Shown piece after piece: positions 59,000-63,421 of a stretch of DNA of 63,421 bases (the first letter of the stretch is position 1; each line of letters starts with the position of its first letter). The translations under genes were made by a program, and so were the position numbers. Under the pieces are notes generated by a model. That model made no database searches, had not been told where the DNA came from, and saw only the letters and a program-made list of their open reading frames with translations. The stretch comes from an uncultured Planctomycetia bacterium (lineage in GTDB: Bacteria; Omnitrophota; Gorgyraeia; Pluralincolimonadales; Pluralincolimonadaceae), in NCBI GenBank assembly GCA_964650515.1, contig CAZYUB010000013.1, positions 1-63,421 on the forward strand, given 5' to 3'.

Positions 59000-60583
59000 A
59001 TGTACAAGGTGCTCGTCAGCGATTCGCTGTCTGAAGAAGGGCTTAAAGTATTAAAGGACGAGAAGGAACTGCAGGTCGATGTCAAACTGAAGCTTCCCCC
59101 CGAGGAATTAAAGGCGTTGATCAAGGATTACGACGCGCTCGTGGTCCGCAGCAGCACGAAGGTCAACAAGGATATCATAGAAGCCGCGACGAAACTCAAG
59201 GTCATCGGCCGCGCGGGCGTAGGCCTCGATAACGTCGACGCCGAAGCCGCCTCGAAACGCGGCATCATAGTCATGAACACCCCCGCAGGAAACACGATCT
59301 CGACCTGCGAGCACACATGGTCGCTGATGCTCTCGATGTCGCGCAACGTCCCGAACGCGAACGCATCGCTGAGGGAAGGCAAATGGGACAGGAATAAATA
59401 TATGGGCGTCGAGCTCTACGGCAAGACGCTCGGGATAATCGGCCTAGGCCGCATCGGCACCGAAGTCGCGAAGCGCGGCATGGCGTTCGGCATGAGGGTC
59501 ATCGCCTACGACCCGTACCTGACCGTCGAAAGGGCCAACGACCTCGGAGTCGAGCTCGTGGAAGTGAAGGATATAATAAGGGAATCCGATTACATAACGG
59601 TCCATACCCCGATAACGAACGAGACGAAGCACCTTATTGGCGAGCAGGAGTTCGGGCAGATGAAGAAGGGAGTGCGCCTGGTCAACTGCGCGCGCGGAGG
59701 CATCATTGACGAGAAGGCGCTGTTAAAGGCGCTCGAGTCCGGGCAGGTCGCCGGCGCCGCGCTCGACGTCTATGAGGAAGAGCCGCCGAAAGATTTCACG
59801 ATGTTCAAGAACGAGAAGCTCATAGCGACACCGCACCTCGGCGCCTCGACGGAGGAGGCGCAGGTCAACGTCGCGATAGAGGTAGCCAAGCAGGTCGCGG
59901 ACGCGCTCCTCGGGCGCGGATGCCGCAACGCCGTCAACGTCCCGTGCGTGGACCCGGAGGTCTATAAGGCGATACGCCCGTATGTGACGCTCGCCGAGAA
60001 GATGGGCCTCGTGATCGGCCAGCTTTCGGAAGGCAGGATGCAGGAGGTAAAGATAGAGTATTCCGGCGATATCGTCCAGCATGACCTGGCGTCGGTGACA
60101 ATAGCTTTCCTGAAGGGAGCGCTCACGCCTATCCTGCAGGAGACCGTAAATTACGTGAACGCGTCGTTCATAGCGAAAGAGCGCGGCATAAAGATAGTCG
60201 AGACGAAGACGTCGCAGATAGAGGAGTTCGCGAACCTCATTACGATAGAGGCGAACACCGACAAGGCGAAGGTCGTCGTGGCCGGGACGCTCTCGCCGCG
60301 CAAGAACCCGCGCATCGTCAAGATAAACGATTTCTACGTCGAGGCGTCGACGGTCGGTTACCTGCTCGTCCTCATCAACGAGGACAAGCCGGGCATAATC
60401 GGCCACATCGGCACGATACTCGGCAAGCATAAGATAAACATCGCGGGCATGACTCTCGGAAGGAAGAAGGCGGGCGGCCACGCGATGACCGTGCTTAACC
60501 TCGATGAAGAGGTCCCGGATGCCGTCATGAAGGAGATCCGCTCCGCCGAGCACGTAATAGAAGCTAAACTAATCAGGCTATGA
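59000..60583 (+). CDS. serA: D-3-phosphoglycerate dehydrogenase
   Basis: RAGVGLDNVD, GLGRIG, NCARGG, TPHLGAST, ASB and ACT domains. Confidence 0.96.
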   Translation: MYKVLVSDSLSEEGLKVLKDEKELQVDVKLKLPPEELKALIKDYDALVVRSSTKVNKDIIEAATKLKVIGRAGVGLDNVDAEAASKRGIIVMNTPAGNTISTCEHTWSLMLSMSRNVPNANASLREGKWDRNKYMGVELYGKTLGIIGLGRIGTEVAKRGMAFGMRVIAYDPYLTVERANDLGVELVEVKDIIRESDYITVHTPITNETKHLIGEQEFGQMKKGVRLVNCARGGIIDEKALLKALESGQVAGAALDVYEEEPPKDFTMFKNEKLIATPHLGASTEEAQVNVAIEVAKQVADALLGRGCRNAVNVPCVDPEVYKAIRPYVTLAEKMGLVIGQLSEGRMQEVKIEYSGDIVQHDLASVTIAFLKGALTPILQETVNYVNASFIAKERGIKIVETKTSQIEEFANLITIEANTDKAKVVVAGTLSPRKNPRIVKINDFYVEASTVGYLLVLINEDKPGIIGHIGTILGKHKINIAGMTLGRKKAGGHAMTVLNLDEEVPDAVMKEIRSAEHVIEAKLIRL

Positions 60584-61860
60584 CCATGAATACAGTAGTA
60601 GTTGGCGCCCAGTGGGGTGACGAAGGCAAGGGCAAGATAATAGACATATTCTCGCGCGACGCGGATTACATCGTGCGCTACCAGGGCGGCAACAACGCCG
60701 GGCACACGGTCGTCATCGGCGAGGGAGAGTTTATCCTGCACCTCATACCCTCGGGCATCCTGCACAAGGGCAAGATATGCGTTATAGGCAATGGCGTCGT
60801 AGTGGACCCCGAGGCCCTGATAAGCGAGATAGAGAGCTTGCGTTCAAAAGGCATACAGGTAGGCGACAACCTGAAGGTCAGCGACCAGGTCCACCTGATA
60901 TTCCCGTACCATAAGGAGATAGACCGCCTCAGCGAGCGCCGGAAGAAGATCGGCACGACCGGCCGCGGCATCGGGCCGTGCTATGTCGACAAGGTCGGAA
61001 GGGCCGGCATAAGGCTCGCGGACCTGCTCGATGACGAGGTATTCAGGAAGAAACTGAAGGAGAACATCACGGCGAAGAACGAGACGCTTAGGAAACTGTA
61101 CAACCACGAGGGTTTCTCGTTCGACGATATATACGCGCAGTTCGCGGAATACAGGAAGAAGATAGCGCAGTACGCGTGCAACACGACGATAATCCTGAAC
61201 GAAGCGGTCAGGAAGAAGAAGAGGCTCCTGCTCGAAGGCGCGCAGGGGACCCTGCTCGACGTGGACCACGGCACGTACCCGTATGTCACGAGCTCGAATG
61301 CTACCGCAGGCGGCGCGTGCACCGGCACGGGCCTCGGGCCGTCTAAGATAGACAAGGCCACGGGCGTCGTGAAGGCGTATACGACGCGCGTGGGAGAAGG
61401 GCCGTTCCCGACCGAATTCGGGCCGGACCTCATGGAGATAATAAGGCAGAAGGGCAAGGAGTTCGGCGCGACGACGGGGCGTCCGCGGCGCTGCGGATGG
61501 TTCGACAGCTTGATAGTCAGGCACTCGGCGCTCGTCAACAGCCTCGACGCCATAGTCGTGACAAAGCTTGACGTTCTTGACGAGCTCAAGACGATCAAGA
61601 TAGCGGTCGCGTATAAGCATAAAGGGAAGACATACAAGGATTTTCCGGCCAACATCGAGATATTGTGGGATGTCGAGCCGGTATATGAAGAGCTTCCCGG
61701 GTGGGGAGAGGATACCTCGCACGTGGCAAGCTTCTCGAAATTACCAACTAACGCCAAGAAGTATCTCAGGGAGCTCGAGAGACTTATCGGCGTAAAGATA
61801 GAGCTCGTTTCGGTTGGTAGCAGGCGTGAACAGGTGTTCAAGATGGGAGGTAAGAAGTAG
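60580..61860 (+). CDS. purA: Adenylosuccinate synthetase
   Basis: GAQWGDEGKGK, GGNNAGHT, EGAQG, GATTGRPRRCGW. Confidence 0.98.
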   Translation: MTMNTVVVGAQWGDEGKGKIIDIFSRDADYIVRYQGGNNAGHTVVIGEGEFILHLIPSGILHKGKICVIGNGVVVDPEALISEIESLRSKGIQVGDNLKVSDQVHLIFPYHKEIDRLSERRKKIGTTGRGIGPCYVDKVGRAGIRLADLLDDEVFRKKLKENITAKNETLRKLYNHEGFSFDDIYAQFAEYRKKIAQYACNTTIILNEAVRKKKRLLLEGAQGTLLDVDHGTYPYVTSSNATAGGACTGTGLGPSKIDKATGVVKAYTTRVGEGPFPTEFGPDLMEIIRQKGKEFGATTGRPRRCGWFDSLIVRHSALVNSLDAIVVTKLDVLDELKTIKIAVAYKHKGKTYKDFPANIEILWDVEPVYEELPGWGEDTSHVASFSKLPTNAKKYLRELERLIGVKIELVSVGSRREQVFKMGGKK

Positions 61861-61862
61861 AA

Positions 61863-63421
61863 ATGAAAAGTTTTTCTAAGGTCCTCTTCTTTGTTGTCGC
61901 GTTCTTGATGTTCTCGGGGCTCGCGGCGGCCCAGCAGGAAGCGGCCGTCGCTGTCCATGAAGGTTTCAAGCCGTTCGCTTTCATGAACGACCCGGTATTC
62001 ACGATGATGGAAAAGATAGCCCTTTGGTCGGTATTGGGCGTGGCCATACTCGGCCTCTTATACGCCGGATTCCTCATGGCGCAGGTATTGAGCTATGACA
62101 AAGGCACGCCGAAGATGCAGGAGATCTCGACGGCGATCCGCGTCGGCGCGAACGCTTACCTGAACCGCCAGTTCAAGGCGATAGTACTGCTGATGTTCGT
62201 GTTGACGGCGGGGCTTTATTTCACCGCGGGTGCGGCGCATATCCAGATAGGAAGGGCGTGCGCGTTCCTTATGGGCGCGTTCTTCTCTGCGATGGTAGGT
62301 TTCGTCGGGATGAACCTCGCCGTGCAGGGCAACGTGCGCGTGGCCGCGGCATCGAGGACGAGCTTCGGCCAGGCGTTGAAGATCGCCTATCGCACCGGAA
62401 CTATCACGGGCATGCTTACGGACGGCCTCGGATTGCTCGGCGGCACGGTCATATTCATGATATACGGCGAGCAGGCGTATGAAGTCCTGCTCGGTTTCGG
62501 TTTCGGCGGCACGTTGCTCGCGCTCTTCATGAGGGTCGGCGGCGGCATCTACACGAAGGCCGCTGATGTCGGCGCGGACCTCGTCGGCAAGATAGAGAAG
62601 AACATACCCGAGGACGATCCCAGGAACGCCGCCACGATCGCCGATAACGTCGGCGACAACGTAGGCGACTGCGCCGGTATGGCCGCGGATATCTTCGAGT
62701 CATACGAGGTCACGATCGTCTCGGCCATGATCCTCGGATGGGCGTCGTTCGGGCATAAGGGCGTCATATTCCCGCTCTTGGTGCGCGCGATAGGCGTATT
62801 GAGCTCGATATTCGGCACGTACCTCGTCCGCACCAGCGACAAGGTGCGCAACGCTATGCACGCGATCAACGTCGGCTTCTGGTCGTCGGCCGCGGTATCG
62901 ATAATCGGTTTTTGCGTAATAGGGTTTTATTACCTCAGGTTCCCCGGCTCGGAGCAGCTCCCGAACTGGGCGAGCTTCGGAGTGGCGGGCCTCGATATGA
63001 GGCCGGTATGGACGACGATGGTCGGCATCATACTCGCCATAGTGATCAACCGCGTGACGGAGTATTTCACGAAACCCGAAGCGGCGCCGGTAAAGTCGAT
63101 AGCGAGGGCCACGCAGACCGGCCACGCGACGACGATAATCACGGGCCTCGCGGTCGGATACGAGTCGACCGTATGGGCTATACTCATAATTGCCGCGGCT
63201 ATAGGGGCCTCGGTAATGATCTACGCGGGCACGAACCCGACGTTCATCGCCTACGGTGTGGCCATGTGCGGTATAGGCATGCTCACGCTTACGGGGAACA
63301 ACATATCGATGGATGTCTTCGGCCCCGTCGCGGATAACGCGAACGGCATAGGCGAGATGGCGCATCTCGATAAGGGCGCGCGCCAGACGCTTGCCGACCT
63401 CGACGCCGTCGGCAACACGAC
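61863..63421 (+). CDS. hppA: Membrane-bound H+/Na+-translocating pyrophosphatase (partial, runs off window)
   Basis: Translated by hand: RVGGGIYTKAADVGADLVGKIE...EDDPRNAATIADNVGDNVGDCAGMAADIFESY...DAVGNT. Confidence 0.95.
   Translation, partial: MKSFSKVLFFVVAFLMFSGLAAAQQEAAVAVHEGFKPFAFMNDPVFTMMEKIALWSVLGVAILGLLYAGFLMAQVLSYDKGTPKMQEISTAIRVGANAYLNRQFKAIVLLMFVLTAGLYFTAGAAHIQIGRACAFLMGAFFSAMVGFVGMNLAVQGNVRVAAASRTSFGQALKIAYRTGTITGMLTDGLGLLGGTVIFMIYGEQAYEVLLGFGFGGTLLALFMRVGGGIYTKAADVGADLVGKIEKNIPEDDPRNAATIADNVGDNVGDCAGMAADIFESYEVTIVSAMILGWASFGHKGVIFPLLVRAIGVLSSIFGTYLVRTSDKVRNAMHAINVGFWSSAAVSIIGFCVIGFYYLRFPGSEQLPNWASFGVAGLDMRPVWTTMVGIILAIVINRVTEYFTKPEAAPVKSIARATQTGHATTIITGLAVGYESTVWAILIIAAAIGASVMIYAGTNPTFIAYGVAMCGIGMLTLTGNNISMDVFGPVADNANGIGEMAHLDKGARQTLADLDAVGNT

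Overview
Bacterial chromosomal window in which every credible gene lies on the + strand. The phylum is probably Ca. Omnitrophota/PVC-like; this is an inference from gene order, fusions and ATA/AGG-rich high-GC codon usage and was not verified. (1) 1-7476 is an AT-rich integron gene-cassette array with 12 complete attC sites plus one cut by the window edge. Ten share the backbone AACATTTCACTCCAGC...GCTGAGTTCAATCGTT, allowing minor variants. No intI is in the window. The proximal cassettes encode small membrane, secreted, Zn-finger and pilin-like proteins. The distal three are addiction modules: BrnT/CopG TA, an XhoI/PaeR7I-family R-M pair, and Phd/RelE TA plus a chimeric third antitoxin-like gene. 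(2) 7491-9393 is a coupled O-methyltransferase-Nudix-hydrolase operon with no attC. (3) 9547-63421 is core backbone: ilvDBNC-leuA-aroE-pilD-aroC-aroK-dprA-[ThiS::topA]-xerC, an LPS/Kdo/heptose locus, a T2SS/T4P hybrid cluster, lptC/A-lptB-hpf-tig-clpP-lon, aminotransferase-Ni transporter-serA-purA and a partial hppA. The two most novel observations are a seamless in-frame fusion of an intact ubiquitin-like ThiS (…VGGG) to topoisomerase I, and an apparently bispecific antitoxin that joins the BrnA-type N-terminus of one cassette to a RelB/Phd-like tail in another. All family calls come from motif recognition by eye; no database searches were run.
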